DNA from: the human T2T-CHM13v2.0 reference genome, Homo sapiens
Strand: one strand, 5' to 3'
Length of the DNA stretch: 64,000 nucleotides
Assembly (NCBI RefSeq): GCF_009914755.1
Contig: NC_060940.1
This document shows, piece by piece, positions 40,733 to 56,334 of the stretch. Both the position numbers and the translations under genes were made by a program. A model generated the notes under the pieces. That model had not been told where the DNA came from. It ran no database searches and saw nothing but the letters and a program-made list of their open reading frames with translations. How positions within the stretch are numbered: the stretch's first letter is position 1; every line of letters starts with the position of its first letter.

Positions 40733-43700
40733 TTAGGGTCATCCGGAGGGGTTGCTGATGGCAAATAGCTGCTCCCCCTTTGTGGGTGGACTCTCAGTGC
40801 CTGGAACAGTGCCCAGGAAGCTGCATTGTGAATCAGCCCTTCAGGCGACTGGCTGCAGGTGGTCTTTGGACCCACGGTGAAAATCCTGCCGGCCTGGGAA
40901 AAGTGCCATGAACAGGAAGCACCAGGACTGGGTGGGGCCGATTCGGGAGCTTTGAGCTTTCCAGGTTCGAGTTTCCGGACTTTGGGAGGGGGGTGGGAGG
41001 GCGCTAATTTTGAGGAAGCAGCCTCTAAGGAAGAACATGAAACTGGCCCGGCCGTAGAAGCGCCGTGGGGTTCCGGTAGGCAGGCTGTGGAATTCTGCGC
41101 CACGTCATTCATTTCTCGCCACGGTGGGGAAACTGAGGGTAGAGGCAGGGGTTTGAATTCCTCAGGCCCGGGGAAGGGGTTTGGAGCCATGGAGTTTGAA
41201 AGTATCGTCCAAAGAAGTCCAGGAAGAAAGTGCTTATGTATAATTTACGACTCACTAATGAAAATGGCACAGAAGTGACACGCGACTCCAGAGCCAGCAC
41301 CCGTCCAGGTGAAGCCCCACAGGGGGCAGCTTTCTGGGACCTCAGCGAGCTCCTCCGCCGGCTCAACCCAAAGGCAGCCCCTCTGCAAACAAAGTCTTAT
41401 TCCTTTGAAACAGGAACCCTCAGGGGCCGCCTGGGGACTAGTGCCGACTGTCAAACCCAGCAGACGGGCTTCATCCAGGCCTCGACTGTCAGCCGGGACG
41501 ACCCCAGATCACACGGGCGCGGGCCGTGGTCAGCCAGGAGCGTCCACGTGGTCAGCCAGCCTGATGTGTTCGGTGACTCAGCCAAAGCTTAAAACACGGA
41601 AGCCGGGGAGCGCTGGGCGGCTGCGTGTCAGAGAATGAGTGTTTCCCGATGGAACGGCAGGACAGAAATGGCCGCAGACTCTCCCTGCTTCCAACCAATT
41701 TCGCTTTGCGGTGCTCACCTGTAAGCGACTGTCCAAAAGTCCACAGATGCGCAGGGCTCTGGGTGAGACCTCTGCCAGGGTGGCGTCTGCTGCAGTCCTT
41801 TGCTGTTAATATAACTGTGTGCCTCACACCACTGCTTCTAGTGTCTTCCGTGTGGATTGGTAGGCACCATTAGTATCATAATCATTCTTTTAAAACCAAA
41901 CAATACTTGTGTGCACCCTCAGTTGGCTGCTGCTGTAAATGTTCCCCGTAACCCAACCTGCTGGTCGAGAAGGATCCTCGTTCGGCCACTTCTGAATTGC
42001 AAGCTACAGCTCCCAAGAACCTGAGCCCAGGCTTTGGCAGGAAGCCTCCAACAATTTTTAAGGCACCTTAGTAAAGACGTCCCCGCATTCATCACAGCAA
42101 AAGTGCAGAATTGCTCTGAGCAACAAAGTCATGGAACCCAGAAACTCAGAAAACCCTTTTCTGATAAATAAATACTTGTGTAAAAGATGTTTCTGCGGAG
42201 GAGCTGATGTTCCCACACCAGCAGTAGATACTCCCTTCTTACACAGAAGAGATGGAAACGCCTGCTTCTCAGCTCTTGGGGGCAGGGTGTGGGGAAAGCC
42301 CCACAGAGAGAGCTGGCTTTGGAGAAGATGGCCTGGAGGTGAGGCCATGGGTGGAGGAGGGCAGGCGTCTCAGGCTGTGGATGCAAAAACAATTCTGAGA
42401 ACTGTAGCGAAAGGAAGATTTCATTTTAAATGTGTTGAAAAAATCACCATTTGGCTAAGATTCTGCACCGGGCCCCACCTTGCTCTGGCCCTAACGCGTA
42501 ACCCTCTGAGATGGGCTTTGGCGTTGGAAAAGTCACGGGCAGCCATGAGCAGCCTACAGACACGCTCTGGTTTCCATAGCTCTCCAACACTCCTCTGCAG
42601 GGTTTCTTCTGGGGCTGGGGGAGCGCAGCTGCTTTTCCGTCTATGGTGCTGGCCGAGGCTGGGGCCGGGGCCTCGGCAGCTGTGGATTTTGGCTGCCCCC
42701 GCGGTCCCAGATCCGTGCTGCTGATGTCTGCTTGGCGCGCTGGATGCCTCTCTGTGGAATCTGTCCCTGGCTGGGTCTTCTGTTGAGCCCCCCTGTGCCA
42801 GCCCTGACGGAGTCCTGGCGTCCACAGGCGGGCTCTGTGGTGCTTTGTAGCTACCTCTGTGCTAATTGGAAAAAACCATTTGCCCCTACCTGGGCCTCTG
42901 GATGCATTTTTTTTTAATGTAAGAATTACTTAGCAGTTGGTAAATCACTTCCCTCTCTTCATTTCCAGAGAAACTGTCCCTTTCTGGGAAGGCGAGGGTC
43001 GGAAGGACTGCAGAGTTGCCAGGGAGGCCGCAGCCAGGGTGATTTGCTTTGTGTTTCTGACACAAACCGCTGTCTAATGATTTCCCAGACTTAAACCATT
43101 TGCGTTTTCATTAATGGTTTTGGAGCCGGGGCAAGTTTCTGTCAAGGGGATCAGCTCCAAATGCCGTCTCCTCCACCTCACTGGCCGTGAAGGGCTCTGG
43201 CAGGGCATGCCCCCAGCACCCTGGCTCCGGCTGGCGTCTGCTGCTGTGGTGACGTTCTGCACTGTATGGGGGGTGGCGCGAGGGTTCCCTCCCACGACAG
43301 GATATTTCTTTCTGAACTCCTGCTGCCCCGGGCAGGTTGGCGGGGCCGGGGGTGTGGACAGTGCCCAGCACAGGCTGGACAGGGTATCCCATTTCCAGCC
43401 CAATCTCGTTCTCTCTGCACTCCGGGAACCCAGGTTGGGGGCTGAATGGCTGCACCACAGCGGAGCCTCCAATCAGGGTGTTCCGGGGTGTCCCCTCGCC
43501 TTCGTGGGGGGCCTGCGGTGGTGCTGGGCTCCACACTGAGCACCCTAACCCTAGTTATTCCCTGTATCCCTTCACATGTAAAGCAATGGGCTGGTCTAGA
43601 AGAGTCTCCGTTGTCTCTTCCGATGCTAACACCTTGGTATCGGTGATGCTACCTGGTGTTTTGGAAGCAAAACAGTGGCTGGGAAAATAAGGTAGAATTT

Positions 43701-43859
43701 ACCCATTGCCCTGAGGATTTTTCCCGAGTGGGTAGAAGGATGCACCTGCCCGTCACAGGGTGAGGTTGACCTTTGCTTATGGGGACACAAATGGCACGTG
43801 CAGGCGAGAAGGTCATAGCAGCCCTCAGCAGGGTCGCTGACTGTGGACTGCGGGAGGCC

Positions 43860-44270
43860 TTGTGTTAGCCCAGGCCGCCTGCAAGGCACACAGCCCCGGG
43901 TGCCTGAGGCAGGCGCTTGCTGCTGAGAGTTCTGGAGGCTGCAAGTCCAAGGTCAAGGGCCCCACAGAGTTGGATTCCCTGAGGCCTTTCTCCATGGCCT
44001 GCGGATGGCGTCTCCTCCCCCATGTCCTCACAGGGCCTTCCCTCTGTGCATACATCGGGGTAGAATGAGAGTGAGAGAGAGAAGGGGAGACAGAAATCCC
44101 TGGTGTCTCCTCCTCTCCCTAGGGGGCACCGGCCCCAGTGGATCAGGGCCCCACTCTCAAAGCCTTATTTATCCTAAGCCCCCTCCTTAAAGGCCCCATC
44201 TTCAAACACAGCCACACTGGGGCCTAATTAAGGCCTCAAGGTATGAATTTGGGGACACAGCTCAATCCAC
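43860..44270 (-). mobile_element. MLT1A/B-like solo LTR
   Basis: gttctggaggctgcaagtccaaggtcaagg...aaaggccccatcttcaaacacagccacactgggg...tatgaatttggggacaca. Confidence 0.8.
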
Positions 44271-44367
44271 AGGAGGTGTGAATTAGTGTTTCCAGCTTCT
44301 CCGGTCCTCTGGTCAGTCTCCATCATGGTGTGTAATGGCACCTTGCCAAGCCTTCATGCTTTTCTAA

Positions 44368-44750
<383 letters not shown>

Positions 44751-45199
44751 TAGAAAGTTCTGCCATTTCCAGGCCACTGTGTTTCCTGATTGAAGCCTCG
44801 CTGGCCTCCAAGGCCAGCATATCCCCATCACCATTTGCTGAGGAGGAGCTGAGGCTCAGAGAGAAGGGCTGGCTGCTCACTTTCCTGTTTGTAAGGGCTG
44901 CTTAGACTCGCTATTTTGTGAGCTGCATGGGGCGGATTCTGTTCATTTGTCTATCACTGTCTGTGTCCCTAGAGCAGCATCTGCCACATCACAGGCAGCT
45001 GCCTGTGCCATCGAGGGGACGGTGAACGCAGGCAGGGATGTGCACAGGAGTGGCACGGACGGGATTTAAGCCTGGGTCTTCTCGCTCCAGATCATGGGCT
45101 TTTTTCCTCACTAACCTGGCTTCTGATGTGACTCATCTACATCCAGGAACAGCTGGCAAGCGCTTCTGGGCAGTGGGGTGTGGGTGGCAGGGTTCAACC

Positions 45200-45340
45200 C
45201 GTGCTTTAATGTGGACATGAGCCACCTGTACGGCAGACAAAATGCAGATCCCGTCTGCAGGTCCAGGTGGGGCTGGAGATTCTGCATCACCAGCAGACCC
45301 GGGCACCACAATGCTGCTGGTTCACAGACCGCATTCCATG
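45200..45340. mobile_element. MER5-like hAT-Charlie relic
   Basis: aaaatgcagat...ggtggggctggagattctgcat...atgctgctggttcacagacc. Confidence 0.6.
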
Positions 45341-45534
45341 GGGTACAGGGCTAGGCTGGCACAGGTGAGGAGATGCAGAGCTGGGGACACAGACACAGAG
45401 CCTGCAAGTCCAGAGTGGGCCATGGAGCGCAGCTGCAAGTGCCGGCCCACAGGGCTGAGTTCAAGTCCTGCTTCTGCCATTGGTGTGTGTGCAGCCCCCT
45501 GCTGACCCTGCTGAACCTCCACTGTTTTGAATGA

Positions 45535-46780
45535 CGGCTTTATTGAAGCATAATTTTCCTACCATACAATTCAGCTTTTTAAAGTGTACAAGTCAGTGAT
45601 GACTGGTTATAGACATAGAGGTGTGCAGCCAGCACCAAATCAATTTTAGAGCATTCTTGTTGCCCCAAAAGGAAACTGTCCCCACTGAGCAGCCACTCCC
45701 ATCCTCTCATCCCCCAGCCTCTGGCAACCAGTCCTCTGCTTCTGCTTCTGTGGATTTGCCAGTTCGGGATGTTTCACAGAACCGGGATCACACAAGACGT
45801 GGCCTCTGCCTGTGGCCTCTTTCACTCCAAATGGCGTTCTCCATCTATGTTGCAGTGTGGACCAGAACCCCATTCCTTTGTATGACTGAATCATATTCCA
45901 TGGTGTGGATGGACCACAGTTTATGCATGAATTTGGTGGGAATTTAGGTCGTTTTCACTTTTTGGCCATTACAAATAACGCTGCTGAAAACACTGGTGCA
46001 TCAGTTTCTATGTGGGCATCGGCTTTTGGTTCTTGGGTGTGCACGGAGGAGTGGAATTGCTGTGTTTAACTTGAGAAGCTGCACCATGACGTTCCCACTA
46101 GCAGTGCATGAGGGCCTCGTCATCGCCACGTTCTCATCAGCACTCACTGCTGTCTGCCTTCTTCTTACAGCCGTGCTTATAGGTGTGAGGTGCCTCTCGC
46201 ATGATTGTGACTTGTACTTCTCTGGTGGCTGATGACACTGAGTACCTTTCCATGTGCTTGCTGGCCATTGTGTATCTGCTTTGGAAAAATGCCTGTTTAG
46301 TTCTTTTGCCCATATATTAATCAGGTTATCTGTCTTTTTATTATTGAGTTGTAGAGGTGCTTCATATAGTCCAGATACATGTTCCTTATCAGATGTGTGA
46401 TTTGCAAGTAGTTTCTCCCATTGTGTGTCTTTTCACTTTCTTGATGATATCTTTTGCACAGAAGTTTTCATCTTGATGCAATTTATTTATTTGTTCTTTT
46501 CTTATGATGCTTTTGGTGTCATATATAAGAAACCATTGCCTGACCCAGGGTGATAAAGATTAATACCTTTGCTTTCTTCTAAGGCTTTTATAGTCTTACG
46601 TCTTACATTTACCCTTGATCTACTGTGAGTCCCTTTCTGTGTATGGTGTGAGGTAGGGGTTCAGCTCCATCCTATTGCACATGGATATCCAGGTGTCCCG
46701 GCACTGTTTGTTGAAGACTATTCTTTCTTCATCAAATAGTCTTGATGCCTTTGTTGAAAATCAATTGAACCTACATGTGA
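45535..46780 (-). mobile_element. L1MB-like 3' end and ORF2 tail
   Basis: ctttattgaagcataatt...ttttaaagtgtaca; ccatgtgcttgctggccattgtgtatct; aagaaaccattgcctgaccc. Confidence 0.85.
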
Positions 46781-48319
46781 GAAGTTGAAGCGTTAGATTT
46801 ATATCTTTGCAATCAGGATAAAAATTAATACCTGCATCATATTGCTATTACAAGGGTTGAATGAAATAATTCACAGGAGGGATGTCTTATCCATGCCCTG
46901 GCATCCTACAGACCCCTGGAGCACCAGGTGATGACAAAGTGAGGAGGAAGGACAGGGATGTTCTCTCCTGGAGGGACTTGAGGTGCTGCTGGGGGCTGGC
47001 TGGTGGGAAGCAAGCAGCATGACCCAGCTGGCTGTGCAGGCAGAGGCTTCACCACTCCCAGCCCTGTCTTGTTGCCATGCCAACAACAGCCTGGCCCACG
47101 AACACCCAACCTGGCCAGCAGGGATGGAAATAATTACTCTGTCTTTTCACAGAGATGGACGATGATCTCAGGTGAGGGGCAGGGATTTGGCACAAAATGT
47201 CCTTGGTAACAAAGCCTCGAAGAAAACACAGCCCCAACAGTCATCTCTAGATGGGCCTCTGTGCCGGGGTTTCCTTGCTGGGCCTCCATGGCCCATGCAG
47301 CCGATGCAGGGATGCCCCTCCCCTCTGCAGGGCTCCTGTGTCCCGGAGGCTCCACAACCATCACTCATGAGCACCAGGGCGCACAGGCAGCCGGCGCCAC
47401 TGAGGGACATGCGCTTGTTGCTCTCTCGGGGCTGAAGCCGACACCCCCACCTCACAGGCTCTCTCAGGAAGGCCTGCTGTCTCAGTGCTCTTTCTCCCTG
47501 AACACTCGGTGCCTGATGGACTCAGTAGAGCCCCACAGCCTCAGGCGTGGGGCCCACTTTCTTCCACACAAGATGTTGCACCACAGGGAGGCCTGGGCTC
47601 TGAGCCTGTCTCCTACTCCAGGAATCCATTTGCACCAGTTCCACCTCCTGTGCAAAATTGCATGTGGACAGTTCGAGCCGTGTCCTGGTGAGGGCTCTCC
47701 TCTGTGTCACTGTGGCTCAGAGGGCAGCAAGCCTTGTCTGCCAGCCATGGTGAGGGTGGGACAGCACCCATCTCTCCTCCACCCTCCGCCACCCCCTCCC
47801 AAGGCCCCCAAACCTGCTCTTATCCACAGCACCATGACAGACCCTCTCAGGGGCTGGAAGTGCCATAGCGGATGGACTCTCTCAGGAAAGTTTATTTGGT
47901 TGGATGTGGGGCTGGTGAAGAAATGCCCAGCTCCCCGCTCCTGGTGGCCTCCTGGGCCCCAGATGCCTTCCCTCAGCCCCCATCCCGAGTCTGGGTCCAG
48001 GGCTCCAGGTGGGGGCTCCCTGTGTGTCATTGTTATATGACCGTGCCATCCTCGCCACTGCTGGGTGCCATGCCCATACAAAGTGCTGGCACCTGGTGAG
48101 GATGCCTGGGTCTCTGCTGAATGACCAGGGATCCTGTGTTGGGGTTCACGGGCCCCTCATCCTCTCCTGTCCTGGAGAGGCAGCTCTAAGACCTGGATGA
48201 CACACGAGGCTCTGAGTGCTTTGCTCAAGACCAAGGCCACCTGGGCCGGCAACGTGGTCAGGTCCTGCTGCGGGGATGCTCCGGGGGTCTGCTCTTGGGG
48301 TGTCCGCCACCCCCAGGGG

Positions 48320-48436
48320 ATGCCTTATTGCTTGCCTGAGCCCTATAGACTCAGGGTCCAGGGTGGGACCTGAGAATGTGCATTTCTGGCAAGTCCCCTG
48401 GGGGTGCTGCTGCTGGGGCCCCACCTTGAGAACCCT
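48320..48436. mobile_element. MER5A-like relic
   Basis: gggtgggacctgagaatgtgcatttctggcaagtccc...caccttgagaacc. Confidence 0.65.
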
Positions 48437-49282
48437 TGTTAGAGGCAGCCTCTGGGCCACACAGCAGGGAGGCGGGAGATGGGAGGTGGGGGCTGGGAGG
48501 CCAGGGAGTGGGGGCAGCTGTAACAAAGCCGAGGCTCTGTGCTCTCGCTGCTAGAGAGTGGGGTGGGGGCACGGGAAGCCCCCGGGGCAGGCAAGGGTGT
48601 CTGGGTTGCAGCCCCACCCACCCCGAGCTGCAAGGCGACATCCTGCCATCTGGGGGTGCTGTGGACCCCATGGGGAGGGTGGGAGAGCTCAGGCTGGGGG
48701 CCTCGGACTCCGACAGTGGAAGCACCACCTGCCACACCTTGAACTTGGGCACATGCCTGCCTCTGCGCAGAAGCCTGGCCTCATCTCTGCTGTCCCCGGC
48801 AGCCTCTTGGTCAGGACTCAGGGCTGGACAACCTGGCTGAAGCCCACTCTCAGCAGGAGAGGACCGTGAGCCTGGAAAACGGAGGGGAAGAGATGGGAGA
48901 ATGTGGCCACCGCTGCCCCTCTGCTGGGGAGCTCTGCTACTCTCTTCTAAAGTGGATCTGTGGCCTGTGGACAGCAGCTCCTGCCCTCCCTGGCGGGAAG
49001 CCAGGCCGAGTCAGAGTGCAGACAGGACTGGGGTCTGGGGGGCACCGGGCAGTGCAGGGGGGCAGAGCTCTGCAGGAAGACTCCTTTCCAGCTCCTGGGG
49101 CCCAGAATCAAGTTGTGGTTCCGAACCTACTGGGGCCTTCCGACATCCTCCTTCCCCAGACCTCGCTGGGGCAGGGACCTCAGCTCCCCAGGTGCACACG
49201 TGCTGGTCCAGTGGGGCTTCCTATGGGGTGGGTCAGTTTGTACAGAACTTGTGGCCTACGAGGTGATGTCTTATCAGTGCAC

Positions 49283-49416
49283 CGGTCACGGATGCTCATA
49301 TGGCTGTATGGACCACTCTCACCGTCCTGGTCACGGATGCTCACAGGGCTGTGTGGACCACTCACTGTCCTGGTCACGGATGCTCACAGGGCCGTGCGGA
49401 CCACTCTCACCGTCCT
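49283..49416. repeat. ~45-bp tandem repeat, 3 copies
   Basis: ggtcacggatgctcacagggc(t/c)gtg(t/c)ggaccactctcaccgtcct. Confidence 0.88.
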
Positions 49417-51054
49417 GCTAGGCAGCGTCTGTCTGTGTGAGCTCTTTCCCCTACACCCTTGGTTTCCTCAAGATTGTCCATATGGTCTCAGGGCACTGCA
49501 GATTGTGGAAAAGATCAGGAGCGATTGTGCCTGTGTGTGTCCCGTGCAGTGTGCAGCACCCCAGAGGAGCCGTCTCTACCGTGCCACGGCTCACGGGTCC
49601 ATCTGATCCCATCTTCTCAGAGTCCTGGGGGACAGGCCATGGCTCTGTGGATCTCGTGTCCATGTGGTGCACGGAAGCGCTTCAGGGATCTGGGAAGGGA
49701 AGGCCCGGACGGATGAGCGCAGAGTGTGGAGCGCAGCGTACGGAGAGAGGGGTGGGAAGGAGCAGCCCTTCCCCGCGTTCTCGTCTCTAAATCAGCTTGA
49801 AGCAAAAACAACAGCTGAGCCTCCTTTTCTGACTTTGAAACAGAGCTGCCTTTCATCAAAGCCTCTAAGTGTTTATATTAACACTTTCCTATCATTTAAA
49901 ATTATTTGCTGCATTCTCGGTGCTGTTTCTCACCTCCCGTTGTGCAATGGCTTTGTCGTCTTCGCAGACACATGGGCAGCCATCTCTGTCCCTTGTCACC
50001 AGCGGTGGGCGGTGAGGCTGTCATCCCACAAAGCAAGGATGGTCCCTGAGGGATAAGAGAGTGAGGACTGTGAGGCGTCAGCACAGGCTCAGGGGAGGAT
50101 CCTGCAGAAGAGCTGCCTCCCCCGTCTGAACTGGCAGCCTGTCTGATGGCAGAGGGAGGCAGCAGGTATTTGGGCCCAAGGCTGCCTGGATCACCTCGGG
50201 TAGCTTGTTTTCCCCCTTTCTGACTCAGTTTCCTGAAGTGTGAGTTCTGCTGGCTTTTCTCCTATCCCATATGGATGATCCTACCTATGCAGCTTTCATC
50301 AGTCCCACAGAACCCACCGAAGGGTGCTGACCCCTGTGCCTTTTTTCCAAATCCTGTGATTGCGACAAGGAAGGAGACTGGGTCTGGGACTAAGGAGCCA
50401 CGGCTGTCGCTTGCCAATCTCCCTTTGGAGCAAAGAGACGGCAAATATCAGGCCTGGAGACTTTGGTGGGCAAGATTATCTCTCTAGAATGTAACAGATT
50501 TTTAAACGATTTTATTTTTGAAGTGACCTCCCATTGACAGCAAGAGATGCCGGTTTCCTTGTTAGGGCCGGCATCTGTCCGAGACCGGCATTTTTAACGA
50601 GGTATTGCTGTTGATCACTGCACTGGAACGTGCTTGGGGAGCAAGGGGTGCTGCCTGCGCACTTTGCACTCTGACCTCGTGCTCCTGGCTCCGTCGCGGT
50701 CTTTTCTGCGGGTGCGGGAGGCATGTGGGCCGTGGGCAGAGGCCTGGCGAGGCCTGAGAGGAGCCACCAGCCCTTTCGCTTTTCTCAACTCTTTTCACAA
50801 CAACTTAGCTAAAATCTTCCCTCTGGGGATCAGGTGGGTCCAGAACAAGGGGTTGGGGCACCACTGTGCCTCCCGCTGTTGGTAGGGTTGACGCACTGCT
50901 GTACCTCCCGTTGGTGGTGGGAGAGGCGTGGCACCTGCTGCCCGGCTCTGACATTGCACCTTTTCCCACCCAGCAGCCTGCGAGATACACTGAGCCACCC
51001 AGCCGCCAGCAGGCAGGAACAGTGAGCAGCACAGGAAATAAAAAGGGTTTTAAA

Positions 51055-52925
<1,871 letters not shown>

Positions 52926-53136
52926 GTGTGTCATACATCACATTTGTGGAATGATTATTTTGTTCACTTTCCTTGCCCTTTATATAAAGGTACAAGTGAT
53001 ATCTTAATTATTTTTGTGTTAATTATTCACTCAATTCAGCTATCCAAAAAATACTTAGTGCCTACTCCAAGCTGGGTATTAGAACTTTGTAAACTCAGCA
53101 TGTAGCAAGAGTATAGCAACACAAGGCCCTTTAAAG

Positions 53137-54742
53137 TTGGATGGACGGATGGTTGGGGAGGGAGTAGGTGTTGGATGGATGGGTGGGTGGATGAATGGGT
53201 AGATGGATGTGTGGATTGATGGGTGGCTGGATGAATGGATGTGTGGGTGGGTAGATGGATGGATGGATGGGTTGATGGATGCATGACTGGGTGGGTGGGT
53301 GGATGTATGAGTGGCATAAGTGGATGAATAGATGGGTAGATAGGTGGGCAGTTGTGTGGATGGGTAGACGGATGGATGGATGGATAGATAGAAGGATGGA
53401 TGGGTTGATGGATGCATGACTGGGTGGGTGGGTGGATGTATGAGTGGCATAAGTGGATGAATAGATGGGTAGATAGGTGGGCAGTTGTGTGGATGGGTAG
53501 ATGGATGGATGGATGGATGGATAGATAGAAGGATGGATGGGTTGATGGATGCATGACTGGGTGGGTGGGTGGATGTATGAGTGGCATAAGTGGATGAATA
53601 GATGGGTAGATAGGTGGGCAGTTGTGTGGATGGGTAGATGGAGTGATGGATGGATGGATAGATAGAAGGATGGACAGAGAAGGATGGATGAATGGATGGA
53701 TGGATGGATGGATGGATGGATGGATGGATGGATTGGTAAGTGGGCAGATGAGTGGGTGAGTGGATGAATAGTAGGGTAGATGGATGGGCAGATATGTGCA
53801 TTGGTAGATGGATGGATGGATGGATGGATGGATGGATGGATGGATAGTTGGGTAGGTGGGTGGGCAGATATATGGGTGGGTGGATGTATGATGGATGGGT
53901 GAGTGAATGGATGGGTGGATAGATGCATGAGAGGATGGGTAAGTGGATGAATGGATCGGTGGATAGATGCCTGAAAGGGTGGGTAAGTTGATGAGTGGAT
54001 GGGTGGCTGGATGCAGGGATGGTAGATGTACAGACGGATGAGTGGATGGATAGGTAGGTAAGTGGATGAATGGATGGGTAGATGAATGGATGGATGGATG
54101 GATGGATGAGTGGGTGGATGGATGAATGGCTGGGTGGGTGGCTGGATGAGCGGGGTAAGTGGATGAATGATTGGGTAGATGGGTGGGTAGATATATGGAT
54201 GGGTAGATGGATGAATGGATGGATGGATGAATGGATAAGTGGGTGGATGGATGAATGGATGGGTTGGTGGGTGGGTGGATGAACGGGGTCAGTGGATGAA
54301 TAGTTGGGTAGACGGATGGGTAGATGGGTGAATGGATGGGTAGATAGATGAATGTATGGATGGATGGATGGACGAGTGGGTGGATGGATGAATGGATGGG
54401 TGGGTGAGTGGATGGGTGGGATAAGTGGATGAATAGTTGGGTAGATGGGTGGGCAGATATGTGGATGGGTAGATGAATGAATGGATGGGTGGATGGATGC
54501 AGGGATGATAGATGTACAGATGGATGGGTGGATGTATAAGTGGGTAAGTGGATGAATGGATGGGTGGACGGATGCAGGAATGGTAGATGTACAGATGGAT
54601 GGGTGGATGTATAAGTGGGTAAGTGGATGAATGGATGCACGGATGGATGGATAGATGGGTGGCCAGATGCATGAATGAGTAGATGGATGTTTGGATGAGC
54701 AGATGAATGTGTGGGTGGATGGACAGACAGGGTGGGTATGTG
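53137..54742. repeat. 1.6-kb (GGAT/GGGT/GAAT)n complex satellite with higher-order blocks
   Basis: Direct inspection; ~135-bp block repeated at 53281, 53414 and 53551. Confidence 0.97.
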
Positions 54743-55124
54743 GCCTGAACCTCGCTGTTGATGAGGGCACTGTTGATACTCTGAGTTTTTTCCCTTTTTA
54801 TGTTTGACGTGGATTCTGGTTCATGACAGCACAGTGCCTTCCCTGGCCAGATGATTTCACTGTGCTTTATGGCTCTGCCAGTGGGGATCACAGGGCTGGC
54901 CATCAGGGCAGGGGGTGAGAAAGCAGGATGAGGTCAGAATAAAGCCCTTAAATCTTCACAGGGAAGCAGCTGGGCCTTGGGTTTCTGGGTGGTGGGTCTG
55001 CAGTATCCCCTGTGACTGAATAGTGCATGAGTCCATTGGAGGCAGGACCAGCACAGGACACTTCCCGTGGGGTTGGATCACAGTCTACACTGAGCGTGCT
55101 TTCCAAATTGGCTCAGGGCCAGGC

Positions 55125-55280
55125 AGTAGGTGGTGTGCCCCGCCATGCCACGGTGCCGAGGGAAGGCAGGGCCATCGTGGGCTCGTGTGTCTTTTATCCC
55201 CCCACAGGTGGTGTGCCCCTCCATGCCGATGATCCTGAGGGAGGGGAGGGCCATTGTGGGCAAGTGTGCCTTTCATCCCC
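55125..55280. repeat. ~79-bp diverged tandem duplication
   Basis: aggtggtgtgccc...ccatgcc...agggccat(c/t)gtgggc...gtgtg(t/c)cttt, two copies. Confidence 0.7.
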
Positions 55281-55789
55281 TTCATGGCTTTCAGTTGTGC
55301 TCAAACCAGAGTGGCCTCAGCCCGAAGGTAGAGGCAGCAGGGCTCCTGTGAGTGGGCTCAGGGCACCCAGCAGGGTCTGTCTGGCATCATGTGCATTTCA
55401 CTGGAGTCATCTCCCCAAAAGGCTGCCTGTCACCTCCCCATGGAGAAGCATGTGCTGCCTTCCCTGGCTCCCAATGCCCAGCTCACGCCACCCCGGGTAG
55501 CCGAGGCTTCTCTGGCGCCTCCCAGTCCCTGTGCCTTCAACCTGGTGTCCCCGATGGCTGTGAAAGGCCATTGAGGGAGGACATTGCTGCGGGGTCTGCT
55601 GGTCTCTCCTAGGCACCATTTCAGGAGGGCTCACTCGGGCTCAACTTCCAGAAACTGGGAATGCAGGGCTCTGCTGTCTGAGGCCTTCCTCAGCCTCTGG
55701 GCTCCTGGATTCTCGGATGTGAAGCAGCTGGCGAGAATCTCTGGGGACTGCTCGGCCCTCTCTGTGGGCCAGGGCTTCAGCACGCTAAC

Positions 55790-56160
55790 TTTTTTCCAAT
55801 TTTTAAATCGTGGTAACATAACATAAGACGTACTATCTTAACCACTTTTAAGGTACAGTTCTGCGGGACTCAGTACTTTCTTTATGCTGTGCAAACCTCA
55901 CCAGCATCCATCTCCAGAACTTATTTGATTCCACACTGAAACTGTGTCCCCACTACACCCCGACTCCCCGCTTTCCCTGCCCCAGCCCGGCCCCGCCGCC
56001 TCCTTTCCGTCTCTGAGTCTGATGCCTCCAGGAACCTCGCGTAAGTGGGATCCTGCGGCATTTGTCTTTTGGTGCCTGGCTTATTTCAGTCAGCACAAAG
56101 CCCCCGAGACTCATCCACATGGGGTGTGTCAGAATCTCCTTCCCTTTTGAGGCTGAGTGG
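55790..56160 (-). mobile_element. L1MB-like 3' end
   Basis: tatcttaaccacttttaaggtacagttc...tccatctccagaactt...tggcttatttca. Confidence 0.8.
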
Positions 56161-56334
56161 TGTTTTTAAACTTTTAAAACCTTGCACAACCCCAGAAGCG
56201 GGCACTATTGTTACGCACCCAGGGGCCACTGAGGCCCACGCCAGTGAGGAGGCCGACCCTTGTCCCACGGTCACTGCGTGTAGAGTGAGATTCATGACAG
56301 ACAGGCTGGCCCAGAGCCTGCGTTCATTCTCTTT

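Noticed and set aside
41241-41260. TACGACTCACTA, a 12-bp match to the T7 promoter core
   Set aside because: Incomplete (no TAATACG start, no TATAG end) and no adjacent vector sequence; chance match.
44116-44130. CTCF-like ccctagggggcacc
   Set aside because: Single partial motif within an MLT1; not supportable without ChIP data.
47261-48040. 259-aa ORF, and similar 150-250 aa GC-rich ORFs at 22026, 39079 and 48866
   Set aside because: No recognisable homology or domain; composition is as expected for chance ORFs in high-GC DNA.
50545-50576. Hairpin agatgccgg...ccggcatct
   Set aside because: A 9-bp stem is too short for a pre-miRNA and is expected by chance in 64 kb.
53036-54903. Long minus-strand ORFs (534, 563, 265 and 204 aa) rich in H/P/S/I
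   Set aside because: Translations of the (CCAT)n satellite; open only because the repeat lacks stops.
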